Assembly (NCBI GenBank): GCA_019057795.1
Contig: JAHLWS010000078.1
Span: 128,001 to 192,000, forward strand
Origin: Promethearchaeota archaeon
GTDB lineage: Archaea; Asgardarchaeota; Lokiarchaeia; Sigyniarchaeales; SOKP01
Reading direction: 5' to 3'
DNA length: 64,000 nt
In this document: positions 41,244 to 50,529 of the stretch, piece by piece
Layout of the letters: every line of letters begins with the position of its first letter
Numbering within the stretch: position 1 is the stretch's first letter
Program-made: the position numbers and the translations under genes
The notes under the pieces: generated by a model
What the model saw: the letters and a program-made list of their open reading frames with translations, nothing else
What the model was told of the DNA's origin: nothing
The model's database searches: none

Positions 41244-42330
41244 ATGAAATCAGAAGAACCAAAAGAAGAATCAAAAAAAATTAGTTATTTTGAAAAACTT
41301 CTTCCGTTATGGGTCGCATTATGTATAATAGCGGGCATTATTCTTTCTCAGCTCATCCCTGAAATAAGCGAAGCTATTAATTCTTTACAAATAGGAGGAA
41401 TTTCTATTCCCATTGGAATCTGCTTATTCCTGATGATGTATCCCGCTATGTTGAATCTTCAATTTTCTGAGTTGAAAAAATTAGGTAAAAACCCAAAACC
41501 AATTATATTAACGCTTATATCTAATTGGGTCGTTGCTCCTTTCGTAGGGTTAGCAATGGCAAACATTTTTTTACCTGGATATGAACAGTTAATAGTTGCA
41601 ATCATTCTTCTAAGTTCAAGCCCATGTACTGCTATGGTCCTAATCTGGGGCTGGATGGCAAGAGGGAATCAAGAACAAAATGTAATTAATACTAGTTTAA
41701 ATACGATAACTATCATAATCGGTTATGTCCCTTTAGTCGCATTATTAACAGGCATTAAAAATATTCCTATAGATATCTTTCTTTTGTTGATTTCTTTGGT
41801 GTTTTTTATAGGAGTACCATTATTATTGGGTATAGTTAGTAAAAAAATTATTATTTCAATAAAAGGAGATGCTTGGTTTAACGATGTCTATAGACCAATT
41901 GTAGGAAAAGTTTCGATTGTAGCACTATTAACGACTTTAATTGTTCTTTTTTCCCTAAATGGAACTGTCTTGATAAATAATCCTGATCTGTTGCTCTTAA
42001 TTTCTATACCTCTTTTAGTGGGATTTGTAATTGTTGTTAGTTTTAATATATTAATTACAAAACTCTTTAAGTTGAGATATGAGGAAGCTGTTATTACGGT
42101 TATAATAGGGTCTTCAAGTCATTTTGAAATAGCTATTGCTACTGCGATTGCTATGTATGGGATTGGCTCTATTGCGGCATTAGGAACTACCATGGGACTA
42201 TACGATTCTTAGTTTTACTATGAACGGGTCATTCTGGGAAGTTCCTGTGATGCTATCGATTGTATATTTGGGAGGATACTTAGGAAAACGAGGATTTTGG
42301 GAGAGTTCAAAGAGTAGGATTGAGAAATAA
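41244..42330 (+). CDS. acr3: Acr3 arsenite efflux transporter; predicted join(41244..42201,42233..42330), 351 aa
   Basis: LMMYPAM, SNWVVAP, SPCTAMV, SSHFEIAIA; the last helix FWEVPVMLSIVYL is in frame only after removing 31 nt. Confidence 0.85.
42202..42232 (+). other. Predicted 31-nt BHB mRNA intron in acr3
   Basis: Helix GACT(42196-99)/GGTC(42227-30), bulges ATA and ATT, inner hairpin; cuts after bulge nt 2 give ATG GGA CTA TTC TGG GAA. Confidence 0.75.
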
Positions 42331-42412
42331 ATAATAATTTTAAATTTTTTTTTACCTTTAATTCTAGGAATATGCTAAACTCATTTCGTTAATAAAATAG
42401 AAAAGGGATTAT

Positions 42413-44971
42413 TTAGATAAATCTTATTATATCACCAAAAGTTTGCCTTAGCTTGTCGATTTGTTTCAGATCTCTCCAATTACATTTAGGAAGTTTTCTA
42501 AGACGATAATTATTCACTTTAAATAATTTCCTTACTTGTTGCTCAAACTCAGAATGTATGAATTCTACGTAGTTATCTCGTCTTATTGTATGATCTACAA
42601 TAATATAAATATCAATATATCCACTATTTTTTAGATTTTGTTTAAAATTATCACTAGATTTTAAATGTTTATAATCGTTGGCATGGGATCCATTTCTAGG
42701 AGTTCTATGCCTGAATCTATCAACATATTCTTCTAGTGAAAAATGCTCGCGATCCCAATATTCCCCTGCAACGCTTAGAGTAAATACATCTTTTCCAATT
42801 TTTATATCGACATAAGCAAAAGCATCAAAATGCATGTGTCTATATCTCCGTAATGATTTATAATCGCTAGGCAAAATATCAACAACCTGATCAAAAGGAA
42901 GAACTTCATATAATGAAGTTGGCCTTTCACCAAAATTCTTATGAAATAATCTTGAAAGTAAATAGCGCATTATCCTTTCATTCGTTATTTTACCTCCCGA
43001 ACATATATCACATGATTTTAGATCTAAACTATAATCATCAGGTTTAGATTTAAATTTAAAACTTGGATGATACTTACAAGACCATAGAAAAACTTCTCTG
43101 GTTGGCTGTTTTAACTTCTCAATATGACTCAACGGGGTTTCCAGATTAAAATTAAATTTATCACCCCGAGCAATTATTTGTTGGCTCGTTAATCTATGAC
43201 TTTCATTATAACATTCAGCACACCAATTATTATAAGATCTAATACGTTCCATGCTAATGCTAAATTCTCCATGTTTATTACAAATAAATGGGAACAGTAT
43301 TTCTGAGACCTTTTGTTGTATATTGCGCGGTTTCTTTAATTCTTGATTTATTCGAGTTTTAAATTCAGTTTTAGTAAATTTAAATCTTGCATTTCTTAAT
43401 TCCGCTTCTTTAACAAAATCTTGATATGAATGGGACTTTTCAATTCTTGAACATAGAGGACATTTAGCGCGATATAAATGTTTGTAAGCAACATTAAATT
43501 TTTCATGGTTGGAACATTTACAAGAAAGTTCAAATAATAAGTTTTCTATTAGAGTTCCTGTCAGCACAGTTTCTAAATATTCAAATATTTTCGTCTCCAT
43601 ATTAAGTCCTAAAGTATTGATTCTACTACAATAGGAATTCCATTTCTCAATTAAGCTAAAAACACGCTTTTCAGCACAAATTAATTTGTAATCAAGTATT
43701 AAATTAAAAAAAACAGTATAATTGCTTGGAAATTCTTGTTTCAGATTAAAAAACCAATTATCTAAAACTTTTTCATCTATTAAGGAGTTAGGTCTCTTAA
43801 ATTTATTAGATTTCAAAGTAGCGAAAGCTAAAGCTTCAGAACCATTAGATGTACCATATAATTTCTCGGCAATTCTATTATCTGGTAAATCTTCTTGATA
43901 TAATTTTATTTGTTTCACTAAATTTACAAGAAAATCTTTCGATATGGAACTACTATTCTTTATATTTGGAAATTGATTCTTAATAAATTCCTTATAATGC
44001 TCTAAAGCTAAAACTTCGATTTTTTTGATTTTTCTTGGTCGATTTTCATTGGTTTGCTTCATGGAATCAAAACCTTCTTTTTCTTTTGGTTTACAATTTT
44101 CTAAATCCACAAATCTTTTTATAAGTTTAATCACATCAGATTTAGTAAATTTCGGAGTTAGCCCATTAGTATAAAATTCATGATATGCAGAAAATCTATC
44201 AAAAGCAGTTACCTTTGATTTCTTAATTTCTTTATTTTCAGGATTTAATCCGAGAAGGGATCTACACGTACCAATGTTTAGGATTTTATCATAATTACTC
44301 TTGATTTCTTTTAAAGTCAGTTCGGTTTTATTTTCTAACGATTTTATTACCTCAATGCCCTTTATTATTTCTTTTTGCCATTCTTTCAAGAAATTTCGAA
44401 GGTTTTTAGAAAGCGGTTTAAGATTTTCATACTCAGAAAAGATTTTCGAATGAACTCGAAGGTGCTTAAGTATCCTCTTATATTGGATGGTTATTTCATC
44501 CATTCCATGTCTAATTGCCTTATTCACGAGATTTGGTTTAGAACTTTCTCCTTTTTTTAGTGCTTTAATCTGTTTTTTAGTCAATTGCTTGAGATATGTA
44601 TTCGAAACCGAGTCCATGTAATATGAAACTATAGGAGCTCCCCTTCCTATTATGATACAATATACCCATCCCTCTATGAACGGGGTAGTTTCATGGGGGA
44701 ATCTTGATTTTACACCCTCAATTAATTCTTGTGGAGGAAGTCCTGCTTTATCAAACAAGCATGCTAACGCAGCATCCACGAAATCACCAATCCTTTCATT
44801 AACATAGACTAAAGGAATGTGATGTTTCTTACATTTAGGATACTTCCCAAAACCAAAAAATCTTAATTTAAGAGGTTTAACTCTAGTCATGAACTCACAC
44901 CCAAAATTTGGACAGATTGCGACTCGATCTTCTCTCACTGTTTTTCGTGATACATTGGTGTATGCTTTCAT
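42413..44971 (-). CDS. Cassette ORF-B copy 2: constant N-terminus, Zn-ribbon repeats and Vsr/PD-(D/E)XK-like nuclease
   Basis: C..H...C..C repeats; NERIMRYLL...HFDAF...VAGEYWDREH. Confidence 0.75.
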   Translation of the reverse strand: MKAYTNVSRKTVREDRVAICPNFGCEFMTRVKPLKLRFFGFGKYPKCKKHHIPLVYVNERIGDFVDAALACLFDKAGLPPQELIEGVKSRFPHETTPFIEGWVYCIIIGRGAPIVSYYMDSVSNTYLKQLTKKQIKALKKGESSKPNLVNKAIRHGMDEITIQYKRILKHLRVHSKIFSEYENLKPLSKNLRNFLKEWQKEIIKGIEVIKSLENKTELTLKEIKSNYDKILNIGTCRSLLGLNPENKEIKKSKVTAFDRFSAYHEFYTNGLTPKFTKSDVIKLIKRFVDLENCKPKEKEGFDSMKQTNENRPRKIKKIEVLALEHYKEFIKNQFPNIKNSSSISKDFLVNLVKQIKLYQEDLPDNRIAEKLYGTSNGSEALAFATLKSNKFKRPNSLIDEKVLDNWFFNLKQEFPSNYTVFFNLILDYKLICAEKRVFSLIEKWNSYCSRINTLGLNMETKIFEYLETVLTGTLIENLLFELSCKCSNHEKFNVAYKHLYRAKCPLCSRIEKSHSYQDFVKEAELRNARFKFTKTEFKTRINQELKKPRNIQQKVSEILFPFICNKHGEFSISMERIRSYNNWCAECYNESHRLTSQQIIARGDKFNFNLETPLSHIEKLKQPTREVFLWSCKYHPSFKFKSKPDDYSLDLKSCDICSGGKITNERIMRYLLSRLFHKNFGERPTSLYEVLPFDQVVDILPSDYKSLRRYRHMHFDAFAYVDIKIGKDVFTLSVAGEYWDREHFSLEEYVDRFRHRTPRNGSHANDYKHLKSSDNFKQNLKNSGYIDIYIIVDHTIRRDNYVEFIHSEFEQQVRKLFKVNNYRLRKLPKCNWRDLKQIDKLRQTFGDIIRFI

Positions 44972-45576
44972 GAAGTCAATCTCTCCTCGAGTTGTTTTTT
45001 TGGATTTCTTATCTTTACTCTTGGTGCTTTTTCTAATAGACTCTCTAATTCTCCTTCTAAACTATGGTAGTTTATTCTAAGTTCCTCATAAAACTCGCTG
45101 AATTGTATATGTAAGCACTTTTTCACTAAACATATGTTTTTTGCCAATACAACTACGAATTTGAGTAAGCTTAGATGATCATGAATGTTCTCATCCGAAA
45201 AATAGTGAATTAAAATGGATATTTTTTCTGTTATTTCTGAAAGTCTGATTATGGGTGTTCTATTATTGTTAAAAAATAGAGATCGTATCCCTTCCTCAAG
45301 AGTTTGAGTGCTGTTTTTTAATTTCTTAAGCATTGTTATGAATTCATGGGTTAATGTTTCTAATTCTTGCTTTCGACTGAAAAATTTATTGTTTCTATAA
45401 TTTTCAGCAAGATGGGGATTGGTCCAAAATCGATATCTTATCACTTCCATCCTATAATTAAAAAAAGTTCGGAGTTGACGTGAAAGTTCTTTTATTTTTC
45501 TTACACCCTCAATCTCATACCAATCATTAAAAATTTCTTCATAATCAGTTTCAAAATCTTCCATATACTCTGTCAT
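44968..45576 (-). CDS. Cassette ORF-A copy 2
   Basis: Homologous to 26255 and 59548; ATGA overlap with ORF-B. Confidence 0.85.
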   Translation of the reverse strand: MTEYMEDFETDYEEIFNDWYEIEGVRKIKELSRQLRTFFNYRMEVIRYRFWTNPHLAENYRNNKFFSRKQELETLTHEFITMLKKLKNSTQTLEEGIRSLFFNNNRTPIIRLSEITEKISILIHYFSDENIHDHLSLLKFVVVLAKNICLVKKCLHIQFSEFYEELRINYHSLEGELESLLEKAPRVKIRNPKKQLEERLTS

Positions 45577-45681
45577 AATTTATTAACATCTTTTACTAAC
45601 CAATTATCACAGATATATTTAAATAAAAAAGTGAGTTGAGAAAAGCGGACAATGCCTTTATATAATATCATAATTAGATAA

Positions 45682-45752
45682 TAAATCGATAAATATAAAT
45701 CTATAGCATTTTAAACTGTGATGTAGGTCAAATCGACAACCTTAAATGTGAA
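45682..45752 (+). promoter_or_regulatory. Second copy of the ars promoter/operator, facing the hgcA-like genes
   Basis: 71-nt colinear match to 41121-41191. Confidence 0.65.
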
Positions 45753-45809
45753 ATATTATACTATATATTGAACCATCATAATATGAAGAGTTAATTCAAA
45801 AATTTGATT

Positions 45810-45884
45810 GAAGTACCTGTGATGTTATCCATAGTTTACTTAGGAAGATATCTTAAAAAGCGAGGATTTTGGAAATCCAATTGA
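45810..45884 (+). pseudogene. Stranded original acr3 3' end
   Basis: EVPVMLSIVYLGRYLKKRGFWKSN*, ending 21 nt before the next ORF. Confidence 0.85.
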
Positions 45885-45905
45885 ATTTTAAATAAATTTT
45901 AAGTT

Positions 45906-47609
45906 TTGAATAAAAGAAATACTGTAATAGGTCTGAAAATAATGGCTGTAGCTTTTATGCGTAAATTAGAGGAAGAACCAGAGACTTACGATTCGAAGTT
46001 TACTTCACTTACGAAAGGGGTGAATGTCAATGTTCATAGCTGGGTATTGGATCAAATTCAATCAGATCAATCAATTTTAGAAATTGGGTCTGGGACGGGT
46101 TCATTAGCTTCAAAAATGGTTTCAAAAGGAAATATTGTTGTTGCAATTGATAATAACATTCAAATGATTAATTATGCTAAGCAGAAATACTCAGATACTT
46201 TAAAAAATGGTACGCTGTTGTATCGATTAGGTTCATTTACGGATTTACCCGTTGAAAAGAGATCGTTAGATTTAATTGTCAGCACATTTCTATTATCAGA
46301 ACTTCGCCCGTTAGAGCAACAAATATTTCTTAGAAACGCCTGGAAAGCGTTAAAACCAAATGGTCGCTTGATAATAGCCGCAGAGTTTGTTCCATCAGGG
46401 TTTTGGAAGGTCAATTTTAAAATAAAAAGGTGGTGGTTCAAAAAAAAACTGCGTCGTCTTCGTTTAAAAAGTACCTTTTTAGTTAAATGGTTTTTCAATT
46501 ATATTGAACCATTAGGTTTTAAGATCGGATACCAAAAGAAGTGGAAGCACGGTTCAATTCAAGCAATTGAATTACTTAAAATTAACGATAACGGAGAAGA
46601 CGAACCCGATTATTATCGTCCTAAAACAAAGAAGTTTAAAGGACTAGTTTCGCAATTAAGAATTTATCGATGTCTTTTTACCGGACAGATAGATAGAGTT
46701 CCAATAGAACCTGGAATATATAAATCTGGTAATCCCAATCCCAACTCTCCTATTATCGTAACGGCTAATTATGAGTATACTTATATAAAATTAATGCGTG
46801 ATTTACAAAGTATTGATGCGTGGGTTTTATGTTTGGATTCTAATGGAATTAACGTATGGTGCGCTGCTCGAGGAGATGATTTTGGCAATAAGCAATTACT
46901 AGAAGCCATTGAAGCAACAGATATTCGAGTAGTTTCAGAGAAAAAGACCTTAATTCTCCCCCAACTTTCAGCAGGAGGGGTTGCTATACCTCAATTACCA
47001 GAAAAATTTCCTTTCAAAGTAAAATACGGTCCTGTTTGGTCAAAAGATTTAAAACAATTTTTATCCGAGCGACCAGTCCGAAAACCAGATTCTATGAAAC
47101 TTGCCAAATTTACACTGTCTCATCGTATTCGGGCTGGAATCACACATACTACGTTTTTATTCCGAAAAATCTTTTTAATTCCGATAATTGCAATATTACT
47201 CTCGATTATCGCCTTGAATAACGTCACTATCTTATGGTGGCTTGGAGAATTAGTAATATGGATCGTTCTCTCAAATGCAATAATATCAATCTTCTTTCCA
47301 CTCTCTAAATTTACTCGTAAATTTATTACTAAAGCTGTATTTTTTGGATGTTTTAGCATATTTTTCATAGGGGCAATTTCTTGGATATTTCATAGTTCAT
47401 ATCTATATTTACTCTTGAACTTTGCTATATATTTCTGGATAACATTCTTTTCTACGATGTCTTTTAGCGGTTATACGATGTCAACCAGTCCGAAAGACAT
47501 TCAAGCAGAATATCCTGTTTTTAGAAAAATAAATCTTACTCTAATAATTTTAGTTGTAATTCTATTAGGAATAAATATAATATTTTTTATGTTAAATATA
47601 ATAAATTAA
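45906..47609 (+). CDS. hgcA: Class I SAM methyltransferase fused to an HgcA-like corrinoid protein with TM domain
   Basis: LEIGSGTG; EPGIY.SGNP...SPIIVTANY, GINVWCAARG, LILPQL, YGPV; TM helices; SFSGYTMSTS. Confidence 0.75.
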   Translation: MNKRNTVIGLKIMAVAFMRKLEEEPETYDSKFTSLTKGVNVNVHSWVLDQIQSDQSILEIGSGTGSLASKMVSKGNIVVAIDNNIQMINYAKQKYSDTLKNGTLLYRLGSFTDLPVEKRSLDLIVSTFLLSELRPLEQQIFLRNAWKALKPNGRLIIAAEFVPSGFWKVNFKIKRWWFKKKLRRLRLKSTFLVKWFFNYIEPLGFKIGYQKKWKHGSIQAIELLKINDNGEDEPDYYRPKTKKFKGLVSQLRIYRCLFTGQIDRVPIEPGIYKSGNPNPNSPIIVTANYEYTYIKLMRDLQSIDAWVLCLDSNGINVWCAARGDDFGNKQLLEAIEATDIRVVSEKKTLILPQLSAGGVAIPQLPEKFPFKVKYGPVWSKDLKQFLSERPVRKPDSMKLAKFTLSHRIRAGITHTTFLFRKIFLIPIIAILLSIIALNNVTILWWLGELVIWIVLSNAIISIFFPLSKFTRKFITKAVFFGCFSIFFIGAISWIFHSSYLYLLLNFAIYFWITFFSTMSFSGYTMSTSPKDIQAEYPVFRKINLTLIILVVILLGINIIFFMLNIIN

Positions 47610-47627
47610 AAAAAAATCATAAATCTG

Positions 47628-47963
47628 ATGAAAATGACAGAATCAAATCAAAATTCATGTTGTAGTGACGGTACTGATACGGTACAAAATATCTTAAATG
47701 TTCTTGATATTAGAATTCTTATTAACGAACCATTATGTACTGGTTGTGGGTTATGTGGCGAAATATGCCCTTTTGGTTTACCTAAACCAAGTGATAATGG
47801 AAAATATGAAATAAAAAATCCAGAACTCTGTACTGAATGTAGTGCTTGTCAAAGAAATTGTCCTACTCATGCTATTATTATGCGAGAGCATGTAGGTTGC
47901 GGATGTTTATGGGACGCGCGACAACGAGTAAAAAGCAAAGGAAACAGTTGTAATTGTTCATAA
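47628..47963 (+). CDS. hgcB: HgcB-like 2[4Fe-4S] ferredoxin
   Basis: CTGCGLCGEICP, CTECSACQRNCP, VGCGC, Cys-rich termini; directly follows the hgcA-like gene. Confidence 0.7.
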   Translation: MKMTESNQNSCCSDGTDTVQNILNVLDIRILINEPLCTGCGLCGEICPFGLPKPSDNGKYEIKNPELCTECSACQRNCPTHAIIMREHVGCGCLWDARQRVKSKGNSCNCS

Positions 47964-47994
47964 AAACAAATTTAAAATTTAAATTAGATTAAAT

Positions 47995-48285
47995 TTGATA
48001 AGATCCATGACGCAACAAGACGATAATAAATTAAAAGTAGATATTTATGTTCCTTTAGACGCATGTGCGTGCATATGGGACGATTTTATGAATCGGATGT
48101 TTGAAGTACTTAATCCTTATATAAAAAATATTGACTATAATACAAAAAACTTGAACTCCGAAGAAGCTCGCAAATTAAAGCTACATGGAAATTGCGTTGT
48201 TGTTAATGGTAAAATAAAATTTACTAGTTCCTACTTACTCAAAGACAAATTACCAAATTTACTTAAGGAAAAAGATCTAATGTAG
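47995..48285 (+). CDS. Small thioredoxin-fold-like protein
   Basis: VPLDACAC...CVVVNGK. Confidence 0.5.
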   Translation: MIRSMTQQDDNKLKVDIYVPLDACACIWDDFMNRMFEVLNPYIKNIDYNTKNLNSEEARKLKLHGNCVVVNGKIKFTSSYLLKDKLPNLLKEKDLM

Positions 48286-48433
48286 ATTTTTATTTTAAAA
48301 TAAATTTTGTGGAGGTTAAAAAAAAATTAAAAAAATCAATTTTGAAATAAGCATACCAACTAAGGGACTACAACAAGGAAAAAAGTATACTGTTTACGTT
48401 AAAGATAACGCTTCATTTATCGAAGCCTTAGCG

Positions 48434-48682
48434 ATGGTTGATAAAATAGAGATGGAAGCACCTAATGAATCTATATTCCCAATAAATGAGGGGTACATTC
48501 ACAATTATCTACAGCTGTTTGTAAATTTCGAAGATAATTCTATATATGATGATGTAGGAATTTATGCTTATGGCCCTGATGAAAATGGAATTATGCGTAG
48601 ATTTAACCCAATTCGAGAAAACATAGAATTTAACTTGTATGACGATAGTGTAATCCAACTACAACCAGACGTTGGGTGTTGA
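48434..48682 (+). CDS. Hypothetical protein, possibly beta-grasp fold; open frame extends upstream to about 48326
   Basis: No stop between 48320 and 48434; GGAGG at 48311 precedes an in-frame ATT at 48326. Confidence 0.5.
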   Translation: MVDKIEMEAPNESIFPINEGYIHNYLQLFVNFEDNSIYDDVGIYAYGPDENGIMRRFNPIRENIEFNLYDDSVIQLQPDVGC

Positions 48683-48918
48683 TGAGAAAAAGTGAAAAAT
48701 AGACTAGATATCTGAAATTTTAAGACATTTATTAGTAAAAAATACGGAAAAAATAAAGAGTATTTTGCCCATTACTTTAAGAAATACGAATTTTAATTTT
48801 TTGGATGAAGTCTTTCAATAAACGATAGTGAAAGATGGACAATAGGAATGCCTCCTAATATTCTACAATAAAAACATGAAATTTATCAATACGAACGTGA
48901 AAATAAGCTAAATTAAGA

Positions 48919-49374
48919 GTGAAGAAGAGAGATGATGTAAGTTTGGATAAAACTAAATTAATTGTTCTTTGTACGGGAAATTCAGCACGCAGTCAAATGG
49001 CAGAAGCTTTTTTAAGAAGATATGCGAGCAAGCGTTTTGACATCTATAGTGCGGGATTTGTGCCTAAAGGAGTTAATCCTTACACAGTTAAAGTTATGGA
49101 GGAAATTGGCTATGATATGAGTAGCCATAACTCAAAATCGTTAAATCAATATCTCGATAAAATTCATTTTAAAATTGTAATCACAGTCTGTCAAAAAGCG
49201 GAAGAAATGTGCCCTATCATTCCCGGTGTGGAAATTAAATTATATTGGCCTTTTGAAGATCCGGCTTCGTTTGAGGGCACAGAGAATGAAAGACTTATCA
49301 AATTCAGAGAAATTCGAGATAAAATGCATGAACACGTTAAATTATGGTTAAAAGAAAGAGGAATTGTAAATTAA
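48919..49374 (+). CDS. arsC: Thioredoxin-dependent arsenate reductase (LMW-PTP fold)
   Basis: CTGNSARSQMAE, ITVC...CP, WPFEDP. Confidence 0.9.
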   Translation: MKKRDDVSLDKTKLIVLCTGNSARSQMAEAFLRRYASKRFDIYSAGFVPKGVNPYTVKVMEEIGYDMSSHNSKSLNQYLDKIHFKIVITVCQKAEEMCPIIPGVEIKLYWPFEDPASFEGTENERLIKFREIRDKMHEHVKLWLKERGIVN

Positions 49375-49431
49375 TCATTTTTAAAATATGAAATTTAAAA
49401 AACTGATCTTAATTTTATAACTCGATATTAA

Positions 49432-50388
49432 ATGGATTTCTTCTCTCATTTTTTAATTGGAATATTAATTAGCATTTTCACTCTGAATAAATTGAGTTTT
49501 AGTATTGTCTTATATGCTGGTGTGATGTCTGTTTTAGCTGACTTCGACATCATTTTAGAACCATTACAATTAATAAAAAAATCAAATCTTTTAGCACATA
49601 AAGGAATTTCACATTCATTTTTTTTCGCGGCAATTATTACCGCGATTACAGGAAGTATATTTTCAATAATTACAGGAGAACAGTTCTTTCTAGCATGGTT
49701 AATCGGATTCTTATTTTATAGTATGCACATTATACTCGATTTTCTTACAGCCTCCAAGATTCCGATATTGTACCCACTTTCAAAAAAAAGATATCGATTT
49801 TTTATCGATAGGGCAATAAATATTTTCTTAGCAACGATATCTGGAAGTATTATATTATTTTACTTTATAATTTTCTTCCTCTGGCCAGAGTTATATTTTT
49901 CAAACTTGGTAAATTATTTTTTAGGTTTTTACATCGTGTATTTTACTTATCGAATTTTAACCAAAATATGGATCCAATTCAGATTACCTAAAAATATGTA
50001 TTACATTCCAGGAATTTTTCCTTTCACTTATACAATTTACGAAAATAAGAAATCAGAGGAAATTTTATCATTTAAACTAATTAAAAAATTCCAATTTCGT
50101 TCGAAGAATTCTATATTAATAGAATCTGAGATAAAACTGTTTTCCAATGAAATGAAATTGTTTGAAAAAGCAGTTTTGTTAAGTAAGAAATATGCTTTTT
50201 TTTCCAAATGGGAATTTATTATACCAGTTATCAAGAAAGATGAAAAAAACATCATTGTGATATTATTTTTAACCGAAAGTTTTATGTCAGGTCATGTGTA
50301 CTCTCTTAAAATTGTATTTGATTTGGTTAAAAATAAACTAGTTAATGAGGTTGAAAGTTTCAATTATAGAGTAAAATCTAACAGATAA
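49432..50388 (+). CDS. YdjM-like membrane metal-dependent hydrolase
   Basis: MDFFSH, ADFD, HKGISHS, HIILD. Confidence 0.8.
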   Translation: MDFFSHFLIGILISIFTLNKLSFSIVLYAGVMSVLADFDIILEPLQLIKKSNLLAHKGISHSFFFAAIITAITGSIFSIITGEQFFLAWLIGFLFYSMHIILDFLTASKIPILYPLSKKRYRFFIDRAINIFLATISGSIILFYFIIFFLWPELYFSNLVNYFLGFYIVYFTYRILTKIWIQFRLPKNMYYIPGIFPFTYTIYENKKSEEILSFKLIKKFQFRSKNSILIESEIKLFSNEMKLFEKAVLLSKKYAFFSKWEFIIPVIKKDEKNIIVILFLTESFMSGHVYSLKIVFDLVKNKLVNEVESFNYRVKSNR

Positions 50389-50529
50389 TTATAAAGAATA
50401 AAACTTACATTTTAGAAATAAATTTAAATTTATAAATATATTGGATTCAATTTGATATTAATTATGTAAATCAAATTATTAAAATAATAAATAATAATAA
50501 TAAAAAAAAAAGATTTAATAAATATTCTA

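Larger units (their letters stand above)
42202..45809 (-). mobile_element. Two-gene nuclease cassette 2 inside the ars operon; boundaries approximate
   Basis: Flanked by two diverged acr3 3' ends; carries ORF-A/ORF-B. Confidence 0.8.

Noticed and set aside
41244-42212. acr3 as a simple truncated pseudogene
   Set aside because: The missing helix follows intact and the BHB cut sites restore the frame exactly; a pseudogene remains possible if it is not spliced
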